In this document: positions 1 through 12,413 of the stretch, in pieces
Position numbering within the stretch: position 1 is the stretch's first letter
How the letters are laid out: every line of letters begins with the position of its first letter
Source: Pristiophorus japonicus
Lineage: Eukaryota
NCBI RefSeq assembly: GCF_044704955.1
Contig: NC_091984.1
Coordinates: forward strand, 179,118,001-179,182,000
Reading direction: 5' to 3'
Length of the DNA stretch: 64,000 nucleotides
Position numbers and translations under genes: made by a program
Notes under the pieces: model-generated
Databases searched by the model: none
Seen by the model: only the letters and a program-made list of their open reading frames with translations
What the model was told of the DNA's origin: nothing

Positions 1-960
1 CAGCTACCTAACAAAAATCTATCGATTTCAGTCTTGAAAATATCAATTGACCCAGTATCCACAGTCTTTTGGGGGGAGAAAGCGGAGTTAGTTCCAGATT
101 TAAACTACCGTGTGCGTTAAATGGTGCTTCCTGATTTCACTGCTAATATTGTGTCCTGTTCTTCTGGATTGCCACACTAGTTGAAATAGTTTATCTGGAT
201 TTATCGCATCGAATTCCCCGATAATGTTAAATATCTCGGTTAGATCATTCCTCAACCGATAAAACTCAAGCGAATACAAACTACGTTTATGCAATCCATC
301 CTCATAATTAAACCCTTTAAGCCCTGATATCAATCTGATAAATCTCCACGGTACCCCTTCAAAGGCCAATATATCTTTCCAGAGGGTCGGTGCGCAAAAC
401 TGGATGCATCACTCCACATGGGATCTGACCAAGGCTGTGTACAACCAGAAGCATTACTTCTTCACTTTTTAGTTCCAAATTTCTTTTGACAAAGTCCAAC
501 ATTCCATTAGCCTGTTTGGTCACCTTTTACACCTATACACTAGATTTTAGTGATTTGTGTACATGGACACCTAAATCCGTTTGCTCACCCGAGCTCATAG
601 TCTCTCGGGATTTAGTGCATATTCTGATTTACCATTCTCAGGCCCAGTGGCGTTGAACTTCATCTGCCATAATTTTGCCCATTCACTTAGTCTATCTATG
701 TAATTTCCATCGCGAATCCACATAACGTACTGTGCCTTTTAACTTAATGACTTCTGCAGACGTATGTACAGAACACTCTATGCTGTCATTTAAGTCATTA
801 ATATATATGTCGAAAAGCTGAGTTCCCAGAACTGATCCCAAGGGAACACCACTTGTAACATCCAGCCAATTAGAGAAAAAAGCCTATATTCCTACTCTCC
901 GTCTCCAACCTCCGAAACGATTACGAATCCATAGCTTCAAATACATTATTTATTTGATCT
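1..960 (-). mobile_element. Old CR1-type LINE 3' fragment, shared with the paralogous region ~51250-52200
   Basis: Degenerate CR1 RT C-terminus (LYSLEFYRLRNDLTE...); collinear similar sequence lies 3' of cluster 2. Confidence 0.75.
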
Positions 961-1564
961 GTAGGTGGTTATCTTATATTTATGCCTCCTTGTTCTGGGC
1001 ACACCCACAGTGGAAACAGTTTCTCCACGCCCCCTATCGCACCTATTCACATTTTAAAGGCCTTTATCAAATATCATCAGTCTTCTCATTTCCAGAGAAA
1101 ACATTTGAAGCTGTTCGTTTTCCTGATAGCAGCATCTTCCCATTTCTAGTAGCAACCTTGTACATATTGTTTGCACTTTCTCCAGTCTTTCATTGTCATT
1201 TTTGTAAAATGGAGACCAGAGCTGAGCACAGTTCTATATAAATCTAACACTAATCTTTTTTTATCCTATTTCTCTAGAAATGAACCCACATTTTGTTTGC
1301 AATCTTTATGGCCTTAACAACTTGTGTTACTCTTTTTAGAGATTTATGTATTTTTAGTCCAAAATCAGTTTGAGCAAAGAAGACTATGTCCTAAGGGGAT
1401 ATCGTTCAAGCTTGTTATTAATGTGAAGCTGAATTTAAAAAGCGTGATTCTTATCTGAGCTGGTTTCAGTCAATGGCCTGATACAATCTGTAGTTATGAA
1501 GTTTTGACTTGCTACTAATAGCACCTGCTTCAATATAACCATTATTGACTAATGATTAAAGTCA

Positions 1565-3467
1565 AAATACTGCGGATGTGGAATCTGAAATAAAAACAGA
1601 GAAAGCTGGAAATCTCAGCGGGTCAGGCAGCATCTGTGGAGAGAAACAGAATTAACGTTTCAGGTCGATGAGCCTTCGTCAAAACTGCCAAAGGTTCGAA
1701 AAGAGTACATTCTTAAGCACTGAAAGGGGAAGGGGAAGAAAGAACAAAAGGGAATGTCTGTGATAGGGTTGAAGGCAGGAGAGATTAGAGAGACAAAAGG
1801 GACGATTGGTGAATTAAAGGAAGTTAGAAAAAGTTTAATCTGGATAGGGTGTGAATGGCATAGTAATGACAAGCTGCCATTATAGACAAAGAGAAAAGAA
1901 AGAGGGAAGAAAGAAGGAATAAAAACATAAATTGGGGTGGGGGAGGGAGAGGGAGCCAAAGATGGCCAGAGGTTATGCTCTGAAATTGTTAAACTCGATG
2001 TTGAGTCTAGAAGGCTGTAAAGTGCCTAAACGAAAGAGGAGCTGTTGTTCCTCGAGCTTGCATTGAGCTTCATTGGAACAGTGGAGGAGTCCGAGGATGG
2101 AGATATCAGAGTGGGAGTGGAGTGGCGAATTAAAGTGACAAGCAATCGGAAGCTCAGGGTCACACTTACGGACTGAACGGAGGTGTTCAGCAAAGCGGTC
2201 ACCCAATCTACGCTTGGTCTCCTCAATGTAGAGGAGACCACATCGTAAGCAGCAAATACAGTATATTAAATTGAAAGAAGTACAAGTAAATTGCTGTTTC
2301 ATCTGGAAGGAATATTTGGAGCCATGGACAGTGGGAGCAGAGGAGGTAAAAGGATGGGTGTTGCATGGAAAGGTGCTGTGGGAAGGGGAGGGGCTGCGGG
2401 GGGAAGGGTGGTGGTGACTGCGGAATGGACCAGGTTGTCATGGAAGGAGCGGTCCCTTTGGAATGCTAAGAAGGGAAGGGCAAGGAAGATGTGATTGGTG
2501 GTGGGATCATGTTGGAGGTGGCAGAAATGGCAGTGGATGATCTGTTGAACATGGAGGCTGGTGCGGTGACAGGTGAGGACAAGGGAACCCCTGTTGTGGT
2601 TCTGAGAGGGAGGGGAAGAGGTGAGAGTGAAGATGTGGGTAATAGAATGGACACGGTCGAGGGCCATATTAACCACAGTGAAGGGGAATCTTTAGTTGAG
2701 GAAAAAGGAAGATATATCAGAGGCACTAGTGTGAAAGGTGGCATCATCAGAGCAGACGCAACAGAGATGGAGAAACTGGGAGAATGGAATGGAAACAGGC
2801 TGGGAGGAAGCTTAGTCCAGATAGCTGTGGGAGTCAGTGTGTTTATAACAGATACTGGTCGAAAGCCTATCCCCAGAAATGGAGACAGAAAAGTCGAGGA
2901 AGGGAAGGAAAGAGTCACAGATGGACAATGTGAAGGTGAGGGAAGGATGGAAATTGGATGCAAAGTGAACGAAATTTTCAAGTTCAGGGCGAGAGCAGGG
3001 AACAGCACTGATAAAGTCATCAATGTACCAGAAAAAGAGGTGAGGAAGGGGAGCCGAATGGGACTGGAACAAAGAATGTTCCACATATCCCATGAAAAGG
3101 CAGGCATAGCTAGGACCCATGTGGGTACACACAGCAACATCTTTAATTTGGAGAAAGTGAATGGAGTTAAAGGAGACGTTCTTCAATTTGAGAACAAGTT
3201 CATGCATGTGGAGGAGGGTGGTGGTGGATGGGGACAGGTTGGGCCTCTACTCGAGGAAGAAGCGGAGCGCCCTCAGGCCATCCTGGTGGGGGTTGGGTGG
3301 GGGTGGAAGTGTAGAGGGACTGGATGTCCATGGTGAAAAGGAGACGGTTGGGGCCAGGAAACTGGAAACTGTTAAAGTGATGGAGGTCGTTGGAGGAGTC
3401 ACGGATGTAGGTGGGAGGAGAGTAGACAAGGGGAGAACAAATAGAGTCGAGATATGGAGGAATAAGT
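1565..3467 (-). mobile_element. Penelope-like element (RT + GIY-YIG), left arm of an inverted insertion
   Basis: ORFs contain MGPSYACLFMGYVE and WYIDD (PLE RT) and NLIYCICCLRCGLLYIEETKRRLGDRFAEH (GIY-YIG). The pLTR-type tail points left. Confidence 0.85.
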
Positions 3468-5557
3468 TCTCCAACGCCCTCCGTCACTTTAGCAGTTTCC
3501 AGTTTCCTGGCCCCAACCGTCTCCTTTTCACCATAAACGTCCAATCCCTCCACACTTCCATCCCCCACCAGGATGGTATGAGGGCGCTCTGCTTCTTCTT
3601 CCAGAAGAGGCCCAACTAATTCCCATCCACCATCACCCTCCTCTGCCTGGCTGAACTTGTTCTCATATTGAACAACTTCTCCTTTAACTTCACTAACTTT
3701 CTCCAAATTAAAGGTGCTGCTATGGGAACCCACATGGGTCCTAGCTATGCCTGTCTTTTCATGGGATATGTGGAACATTCTTTGTTCCAGTCCTAATCGG
3801 CTCCCTTCCCTCACCTCTTTTTCCAGTACATTGATGACTGTATCGGTGCCGATTCCCGCTCTCGCCCTGAACTAGAAAATTTCATACACTTTGCATCCAA
3901 TTTCCATCCTTCCCTCACCTTCACATGATCCATCTCCGACTCTTCCCTTCCCTTCCTCGACTTCTCTGTCTCCATTTCTGAGGATAGGCTTTTGACCAGT
4001 ATCCACTCTAAGCCCTCTGACTCCCACAGCTACTTGGACTAAACTTCCTCCCACCCCGCATCCTTTAAGGACTCAATTCCAATCTCCCAGTTTCTCCATC
4101 TCCGTCGCATCTACTCTGACGACACCACCTTTCACACTAGTGCCTCTGACATGTCTTATTTTTCCTCAAACAAGGATTCCCCTCCCTCGTGGATAACATG
4201 GCCATCGACCGTGTCTGTTCTATTTCCCGCACCTCCACTCTCACCCCTTCCCCTCCCTCTCGGAACCACGACAGGGTTCCCCTTGTCCTCACCTTTCACC
4301 CCACCAGCCTCCACCTCCACATTCAACAAATCATCCTCCGCCATTTCTGACACCTCCAGTGTGATCCCACCACCAATGACATAAGAACATAAGAAATAGA
4401 AGCAGGAGTAGGCCATACAGTCCCTCAAGCCTGCTCCACCATTTAATACAATCATGGCTTATCTGATCATGGACTCCGGTCCACTTCCCTGCCTACTCCC
4501 CATAACCCCTTATTCCCTTATCGGTTAAGAAACTGTCTATCTTTGTCTTAAATCCATTTAATGTCCCAGTTTCCACAGCACTCTGAGGCAGCGAATTCCA
4601 CAGATTTACATACCTCTGAGAGAATAAATCCCTCCTCATCTCAGTTTTAAATGGGCATTTTAAGATTATGCCCCCTAGTTCTATTCTTCCCTATCAGTGG
4701 AAACATCCTCTCTGCATCCACCTTGCCAAGCCCCGCCCCTCCCCTCCCCTCTCAGCATTCACAAGGGACCATTCCCTCCACGACACCCTTGTCCATTCCG
4801 CAGTCACCCCCAGCACACTCCCCCTCCCACGGCACCTTTCCATGCAACCACAGGAGATGTAACACCTGTCCTTTTACCTCATCCATCCCCACCATCCAGG
4901 GCTCCAAATACACCTTCCAGGTGCAACAATGATTTACTTGTACTTCTTTCTATTTAGTGTACTATATTCGCTGCTCACGATGTGGTCTCCTCTTCACTGG
5001 GGAGATCAAGCGTAGATTGGGTGATCGCTTAGCTGAACACCTCCATTCAGTCATTAAGTGTGACCCTGAGCTTCTGGTCGCCTGCCACTTTAATTCTCCA
5101 CTCTATTCCCACTCTGATATCTCCTCCACTGTTCCAATGAAGCTCAACGCAAGCTCAAGGAACAGCACCTCATCTTTCGTTTAGACACTTTATAGTCTAC
5201 ATCGAGTTCAACAATTTCAGATCAGAACCTCTGATCATCTTTTGCTTCCTTTCCCTCCCCCACCCCAACTTAAGTTTTTTTCTTCTTTCTTGTCTCTTTC
5301 TTTTCTCTTTGTCTGTAATGGCAGCTCGTTATTACTACGCCATTCCCATCCTATCCAGATGAACTTTTTTCTAATGTCCTTCATTACCATTTCAATTCAG
5401 CCATCATCCCATTTGTCTCTCTAACCCCTCCTGCCTTCCATCCTATCACAGACCTTCCTTTTTGTTCTTTCTTCCCCTCCCCCTTTCAATGCTTAAGAAT
5501 GTGCTCTTTTCAAACATTCTGCCCACAGATGCTGCCTGACACTCTGAGATTTCCAGC
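3468..5557 (+). mobile_element. Penelope-like element, right arm of the inverted insertion
   Basis: Same RT and GIY-YIG motifs on the plus strand (YIRCSRCGLLFTGEIKRRLGDRLAEH). The whole 1565-5557 unit is flanked by TSD AATGATTAAAGTCA. Confidence 0.85.
4379..4730 (-). mobile_element. CR1 3' fragment nested in the Penelope element
   Basis: (ACATAAGA)n tail and CR1 3' UTR interrupt the PLE sequence. Confidence 0.8.
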
Positions 5558-5979
5558 AATGATTAAAGTCATCGGATACTTTTGAAAAAAGTCAGCATTT
5601 GCAGAAAGTACCCCGCTTTGGATATCCGGGATCTCCAAAAGGGAGGCGGTCAGAGGTTTTCGCTCAATTTGTGTAACAAGATGATTTACAAGAACTTACA
5701 CCATGTACTTTGAATTCTTCCCATAAACACGAACACAATTCAGCAAGGTCTATTTTTAAAACTGTGTTGTAAGATTATTTTCACGAAATGTTAAATTAAA
5801 GTTATACATCGTCCACCTAATCTCACTTTTCTGACTGATTTCAATAACTACTCAAAATGTGCAGAATGTCACGAAAAGTAAAACCTTACTATTTAGTCAC
5901 ATTTAGTAAGTTGGTATGAATTGCTTCAGCAGTAGCGGACAGGAAAGAATAACAGCACCTGAGATAATGGAAGAGTTAT

Positions 5980-5985
5980 TTTATT
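5980..5985 (-). terminator. Polyadenylation signal (AATAAA) of Ig light-chain cluster 1
   Basis: About 210 bp 3' of the C stop codon; conserved in the paralog at 53597-53602. Confidence 0.75.
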
Positions 5986-6194
5986 ACACTGCGGTATTTG
6001 TAACTTTACACTGAAATTTGATCAGTTCAGGGTGAACACACTAAATACTGAAGCTGAAGGCAGCGGACAAATTGCACACCTGTTGTGATTTGACTTGTTC
6101 CACTTAAAATCAAACATGTAATAGTTGATTATGGAAATACATTTTAAAGAAACTTTACTAAAATTATAATAGATCAATACATAAGATATTTGAA

Positions 6195-6517
6195 TCAGAT
6201 ACAGCTGGATCTGGCGATACTTGTTCGAAGCGGGTTTGCCTGAGCCTCATGTTTAACCACACAGGAGTAAAGCTCGTGTGAGTTCCACTCTGAGGCTGGT
6301 AGAGTCAGATAACTGCTCACACTGAACGTGTTGTCCTTCTCCTGCTGGAATCGACTGGTCTCAACACCATTCCCTCTCACACTGCCATCTACAGTCCACT
6401 CAATTTCCGCAGCACCCGGGTTAAAGCCGTCCACTAAACACACCAGGGTCGCCGTGTTCTTTGCTGTGATTTGATCCGATGAAGGCAGAAGGACGGTCAC
6501 CGAGGGGGCCCGCGGAT
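6195..6517 (-). CDS. IGLC: Ig light-chain constant exon, lambda/type II (NS3), cluster 1; reading frame intact
   Basis: Acceptor tttcag|AT at 6518/6517. Translation (N)PRAPSVTVLLPSSDQITAKNTATLVCLVDGFNPGAAEIEWTVDG...YSCVVKHEAQANPLRTSIARSSCI* has both C1-set cysteines, the Trp and the penultimate interchain Cys. It resembles shark lambda CL. Confidence 0.95.
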
Positions 6518-6614
6518 CTGAAAAGCAGAAACAAGTGAAATAAGATCCATTTTTAATTGACATAAAAGTCCAATCAATGTTTTACATTCTGCAAATCTTT
6601 TAAAAATCGACGTC

Positions 6615-7640
6615 ACAAGAACACAAGAAATATGAGCAGGAGTACCCATTTGGCCCCTCGAGCCTGCTCCGCCATTTAATAAGATCATGGCTGAGCTGAT
6701 CATGGACTCAGTTCCACTTCCCTGCCAGCTCCCCATAACCCTTTATTCCCTTATCACTCAAAAATCTGTCTTAAATATATTCAATGACCCAGCTCTCTGG
6801 GGCAGAGAATTCCACAGATTTACAACCCTCTGAGAGAAGAAATTCCTCCTGGTCTCAGTTTTAAATGGGCGGCCCCTTATTCTGAGACTGTGTCCCCTAG
6901 TTTTAGTTTCATCTATGAGTGGAAATATACTCTCTGCATTCATCTTGTCCAGCCTCTCATGATCTTATATGTTTCGATAAGATCACCTCTCAATCTATAC
7001 TCCAATGAGTATAGACCCAACCTACTCAGCCTATCTTCATAACTCAACCCACTGATCTCCAGAATCAAACTAGTGAACCTTTTCTGAGCATCCTCCAATA
7101 CAATTATATCCTTTCTTAAATACGGAGACCAAAACTGCATGCAATACTCCAGGTGTGGCCTAACCAATACCCTGTACAGTTGTATCAGAACTTCTCTGCT
7201 TTTATACTCCATCCTCCTTGCAATAAAGGCCAACATTCCATGTGCCTTCCTGATTACTTGCTGTACCTGCACACTAACTTTTTGTGCTTCATGCACAAGG
7301 GCCCCCAGGTCCCTCTGTACTGAAGCACTTTGCAATTTTTCTCCATTTAAATTGTAATCTGCTTTTCTATTTTTTCTGCCAAAGTGGATAACCTCACATT
7401 TTCCTACATTATACTTTATCTGCCAAACTTTTGCCCACTCACTTAACCTGTCTATATCTCTTTGCAGATTTTTTTGTGTCCTCACAATTTGCTTTCCCAA
7501 CCATCTTTTTATCATCAGCAAACTTGGTTACATTACACTCAGTCCCTTCATCCAAGTCATTAATATAGATTGTAGATAGTTGAGGCCGCAGCACCGATCG
7601 CTGTGGAACCCCAGTAGTTACTGTTTGCCAACTGGAAAAT
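6615..7640 (-). mobile_element. CR1 LINE 3' fragment in the J-C intron of cluster 1
   Basis: RT C-terminal motifs KCEVIHFG and LVRPHLEYC, plus the CR1 3' UTR. Confidence 0.88.
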
Positions 7641-7769
7641 GTTTTATTATATTTGAATTACTTTGTTTGGAGATATGTCTCTGGTCACAGTGTCACAAAA
7701 GATACATTTTCTCTAAAATTATATCCCAACTATAACCTCAATTTTCAAATCATGAAGCCAAAATTTCCC

Positions 7770-7950
7770 GGGCAATACTTATCGCTCAACCACCATTGCT
7801 AATACAGACCAACTGGCCATGATCGCATTGCTGTTTGTGGACCCTTGCTGTGCGCAAATAGGTTGCCACTTTTCTTGCATTAAGAAGCGCTTGGAGATAT
7901 CCTGAGGTCATGGTAGGCGATATATGAATGCAAATTCATTCTTTCTTATT
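7770..7950 (+). mobile_element. Shark SINE fragment (HE1-like), also present at ~55000-55210
   Basis: Contains ttgctgtttgtgg...ttgctgtgcgcaaat and gaagcgcttgga.atatcctgaggtc...atataaatgcaa motifs typical of elasmobranch SINEs (from recall); shared by both clusters. Confidence 0.55.
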
Positions 7951-8034
7951 ATTAAAGAGACATATTCCCATGATTTTAAAATAAAATATAACCCAGTCTA
8001 AGAATGTTGAAGATGGACTGTCACAATATCCTAC

Positions 8035-9745
8035 ATAGAATTACATAGGATATACGCCAAAGAAACAGGTCATTTAGCAGAACCAATCCATGCTGGCGTT
8101 TATCGCTGCACTCGAGTCTCCTTCCGTCTTTCCTCATCTGAAGCTATACACATAACCCTCTATTACCTTCTCCCTCATATGCTTGTCTAGCCTCCCCTTA
8201 AATGCACTGATACAATTCGCTTCAACCACTCCCTGTGGTGGTGAGTTCTATATTCTCACCACTCTTTGTGTAAAGAATTTTCTTCTGAATTCCCTATTCG
8301 ATTTCTTGGTGACTATCTTATATTGATGGCCTGTAATTATGCTGTTCCCCAGAAGTTGAAAGATTCTCTCTATACCAAATCTTTCAAAACCTTTCATAAT
8401 TTTAAAGACTTCTATTAGGTCACACCTCAGCCTTCTTTTTCTGAGAAAAGAGACCCAGCCTGCTCATCCTTTTCTGATTATGTATATCCTCACATTTTTG
8501 ATATCATCCTTTAAATCTTCTCTGCAACCTCTCCAGTGCCTCTAAATCCTTTTTATAATATGGCGACCAGAACTGTATGCAGTACCCTAAGTGTGGTCTA
8601 ACCAAGTTTCGATACAGGCTTTTCAATTCTATACTTCTAGAAATAAACCCTTGTGCTTGGTTTGCTTTTTTAAGGCCTTGCTAACCTGTGTTGCAACTTT
8701 TAGTGATTTGTGTATTTGTACTCCAAGATCTCTTTGTTCCTCTACCCCAGCTAGACTTACACCTCCAAGTAATAAGTGACCTCCTTATTCTCCCTAACAA
8801 AATGTAATACCTCACATTTAGCTGTGTTGAACTTTGTTTGCCAATTATATATCCATTCTGCAAGTTTATTAATGTCCTCCTGTAATTTGTTGCAGTCCTC
8901 TTCAGTATTGATCAATTTGGTGTCATCTGCAAATTTAGAAATTGTGTTTTTGGTTCCAAAGTCTAAATTGTTAATATAAATTGTGAGCAACAGTGGTCCC
9001 AGCACTGATCCTTGTGGAACATCACTACCACCTCTGCCACAATAAATAGCTACCTTTTACCCCTACTCTCTGCTTTCTGTCTTGAAACCAGCTAGCTATC
9101 TATTCTGCTACTTTTCCCCTGACTGCATTCTCTGATCTTGTTCATCAGTCTTTTACGGGGTACATTATCGAAGGCCTTTTGAAAAATCGAGATAAATTAC
9201 ATCTCTCTGTTACCACGTCAAAAAATTCAATGAGGTTGTTCAAGCAAGACTTTCTCTTTTGAAATTGATGCTGACTATTCGTTATTATATTTTTGCTTTC
9301 TAGATATGCCACTATTTTCTCCTTTAGTAGGGATTCCATTATTTTTCCTACCAGTGATGTTAAGCTGACTGGTCTATAATTCCATGGACATGTTCTATCC
9401 CCCTTCTTAAATATAAGTATAACATTAGCTATCCGCCAGTCCTCTGGCATTACACCTTTTTCTAATGAATTATTAAATATGTGTAGAAAGGCCTCTGCTA
9501 TCTCTTCCCTGGATTATTTTAAAATGAATGGATGAAATCTATCGGGACCAAGAGTTTTATCCTCTTTGAGTTTGATTAGTTTATTTAATATATATCCTCA
9601 TTTTATTTTATCTCATTACTAATTTCATCATCCAATGTTCTGTCCACATGTTCTATCTCCCTGGTAAATACTGAAGCAAAATAATTACTTAATATTTCAG
9701 CCATCTCTCTATCGTTACTTGTGGTATTATCCCTTAATGGCCCAG
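8035..9745 (-). mobile_element. CR1 LINE fragment in the J-C intron of cluster 1
   Basis: RT motifs PEDWRIANV..FKKG, NYRPVSLTS and SKFADDTKL. Confidence 0.85.
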
Positions 9746-11752
9746 TAAAATATATTACTATGTTGCTTTATGTTCCTTGACAATTTAATTCATAATTTAA
9801 TTTAATTTAATCTTGTCTCTTTAAATGAACGTTCGCACCGACAACGTTTTGCAAGCATCAGCCGGCAATAACAAACCGTGGGCAAAATGTCATGTAAAGT
9901 AGCGAAGAAAGGGCTGAAACATTTTTATTTTTTCCAATCGGAGAATTTGAGGTTGGACTGCTCCAATTGGTTCTGGCATTGAGGTCAGCTAGATCGGCGT
10001 GCCTCACCCATACCAGGTTTGCCCGGGGCGTTTTAACAATCTATTGTTATTCTAAGCGGTTCAACTTGGAATTTATAATTTCGCCTTGCTTTCTTTATAT
10101 TATAATTTGAAGACTGAAACTGCGAGTAGTCTGACTAGTGCCGCCACTTGTCACAGTTGGTAAAATCTCCCTGCAGCAAGCACTGTTTATCTGAACATTC
10201 TGATACTGAAATATCCGGAGTCCCATGGGAGTATAGATCAGGTTTAACTATCAGTTTATATTGTCTAAACGCAATAGTTTTTCCGTGAACTCTTTGCACT
10301 GGCATTTATACCGGAGATATATCTTTAAACGAACTATTGATAATATTATAGAGCATTTTTCTGCTTTATATCCCGTGCTAGCCCATTTCACCCCAGGGTA
10401 GCCGAATAACCAAGTTAAAATAGCGATAGAGTATACGCATTTTTTGTAATATTACTCGCATCACTGACACTGATCATAGAACCAACAGCAACGCGCAATT
10501 AAGCAAATACAAAAACAGATACAAAAATCTAAAAATAGATTCTGAGACATTCGCACACAATTGCTCGGATGGGAGGTTAATGAGCCCGTGACTTATTAAG
10601 AAAATAGATATCCTGTCATTCGTTGAGGTTTGTTTTTGTGTTATGGAGAAAATAGATAAATGTTGATATTTATACTAGCTGAATTTAGCGAAACAGTCTG
10701 ATTGCTATATCATTGGGGATTAATGTGAAATGTAGGACTGGCGATCTTCTACAGAACGGTTTTCATTAAGTTTGGAGACGAGGGGGAGTAAGTTGCCGCA
10801 AGACTCCTTCCGCAGTCTCCATCCAAGAATGATGATTAAATCTAGTTAGTGCTTTAAGTGGAATGAAAACGGTGTTGTGTGAAGGTTTTGAATTTGTGTT
10901 TTTAGCCCTTTGAGTGAGGCTATAAGGGCAGGGTGTAAACTAGTCTGAAATACTATGTAGGATTGATAGAACAATTACATTATAGGATAGAGTAAAAGGC
11001 CAATCCCGCCCATTGAAAGACACGACCACTTAATCCATTTCCCATACATTCGTTTTTTCTTTTTCAAATGTTTATCCACTTTCCATTTAAGCGCCACCAT
11101 GGGCCCCACTCTTACAGGGAGGACATTGCAGGTCTACCACTCCATTGGACAAAAAAAAAAATCCTAATCTATCACTTGGTTCTTCTAGCAATGACGTTTA
11201 ATTTATGTCCTCAGGTTACCGACTGACCGATCAGTGAAAATAGTTCTTTATCCATTTTGTCGCAACGGAATGATTCCTAATTCTGAACATGTCCAGGAGA
11301 TCACACCTTAAGCTTGGAGTGAATCACTCGTAACTAAAACCTCGCAGTACCGGTATCATCTTAACAAATTCCCCCTGTACCCTCTCTAAGGCCTGAACAC
11401 TCTCCGTAACACTGACTATCTCTTAAATATCACTGGATGCTGATTCACAAGCTTGGTATAATTATATTTTAAGAGCAATAATCTTGATTTACACCAATTC
11501 AATCTACCAAGCCAATGATTTTAAAGTATTTTTTGGTAATTCGTCAGTCATGTTGCAAATGTTAGAGGACAATTTGATGAGCACTTTGGAAACCGAATAT
11601 GAAACAATGCAATTGGCTCAGACAGTCACCATGAGATACTCGGACACTGATATATTTTGATCCAGTAAATTTCGACTCAAACAAAATCAAACACAAATGG
11701 AAAATTGGTTGTTGATAAATCCCAAGTTGCAAACTGCGAATAATTTACTTAC

Positions 11753-12092
11753 TGCTCAGATTCAGCTTGGTTCCTCTCCCGAGGGTTAATCCTTCTTTCC
11801 ACACAGCACAGTAATAGTCGGCGGCGTCCTCGGATAGCACGTTGGTGATGGTTAAATGCATCTTGTTACTCGATGAGTCCGTGGACCCGGTAAATCGATC
11901 TGGAATTCCCGAAGTAGTAACGTAGCTCTCGTGCCAAACATACACAGGGGAACTGTCGGGTTTCTGCCAGTACCAGCTCGTGTAGTAGCTAACCTATGTT
12001 GTGTCCTGACATGGTACAGGTGATCGTGACGGTTCCCCCCGGGGAGGCTGAGATGGACGGTGGCTGAGTCAAGACAGGATCCGCATTTGTAC
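11753..12092 (-). pseudogene. IGLV: Germline-joined VJ exon, Ig lambda/type II, cluster 1; 1-bp insertion in CDR1
   Basis: Acceptor ccag|GT at 12093/12092 and donor A|GTAAGT at 11753/11752. Reads DPVLTQPPSISASPGGTVTITCTMSGHNIG*(TAG 11989-11991). Removing one base gives SYYTSWYWQKPDSSPVYVW...GIPDRFTGS...EDAADYYCAVWKEGLTLGRGTKLNLS. V runs directly into J with no RSS. Confidence 0.93.
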
Positions 12093-12232
12093 CTGGTGAA
12101 ATAACAATTTATCGACCAGTTACAATCTGTGTAATAGTAAATATCGTTTGTATTTCAAGTTCGTTAAACTCGAGCACAAAATTCAGGATAATGTAAAAGG
12201 TAGCGATACTGAAGGTTAGCGTCTGTACTTAC

Positions 12233-12282
12233 TGTGTACACTGACCATCAGTGCGGCGAGAATTCGAACCCATTCAAGTCAT
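12233..12282 (-). pseudogene. Leader exon of cluster 1; 1-bp insertion creates ATG ACT TGA
   Basis: caccATG at 12282, donor A|GTAAGT at 12233/12232. It is 50 nt long versus 49 nt in the paralog. The corrected frame gives the signal peptide MxEWVRILAALMVSVH. Confidence 0.88.
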
Positions 12283-12405
12283 GGTGAAGGTTCTGGTGAG
12301 GGTCAGAAGCAAAATCGTTCCTGACACGAATGTGGTTCTGTGCTCTTTCCAAACCGCTCCTTAAGACGTTTGAAACCTCGCAACGTCATTGAATATTAAT
12401 TATGC

Positions 12406-12413
12406 ATGCAAAT
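12406..12413 (-). promoter_or_regulatory. Ig promoter octamer (ATTTGCAT on the sense strand)
   Basis: Perfect octamer about 124 bp upstream of the leader ATG in light-chain orientation. A TGACGTTG CRE-like motif lies at 12381-12388. Confidence 0.85.

Noticed and set aside
2466-3814. Long overlapping ORFs (224-281 aa) as host genes
   Set aside because: They are antisense or alternative frames of Penelope RT.
7928-7935. Perfect ATGCAAAT octamer in the J-C intron as an enhancer
   Set aside because: It lies in a SINE tail and the paralog reads ATGCAAGT (~55193), so it is probably a chance variant.
11800-11815. Cryptic RSS heptamer (TACTGTG) at the V 3' end
   Set aside because: It is explained by the Tyr-Cys-Ala codons, and I identified no properly spaced nonamer.
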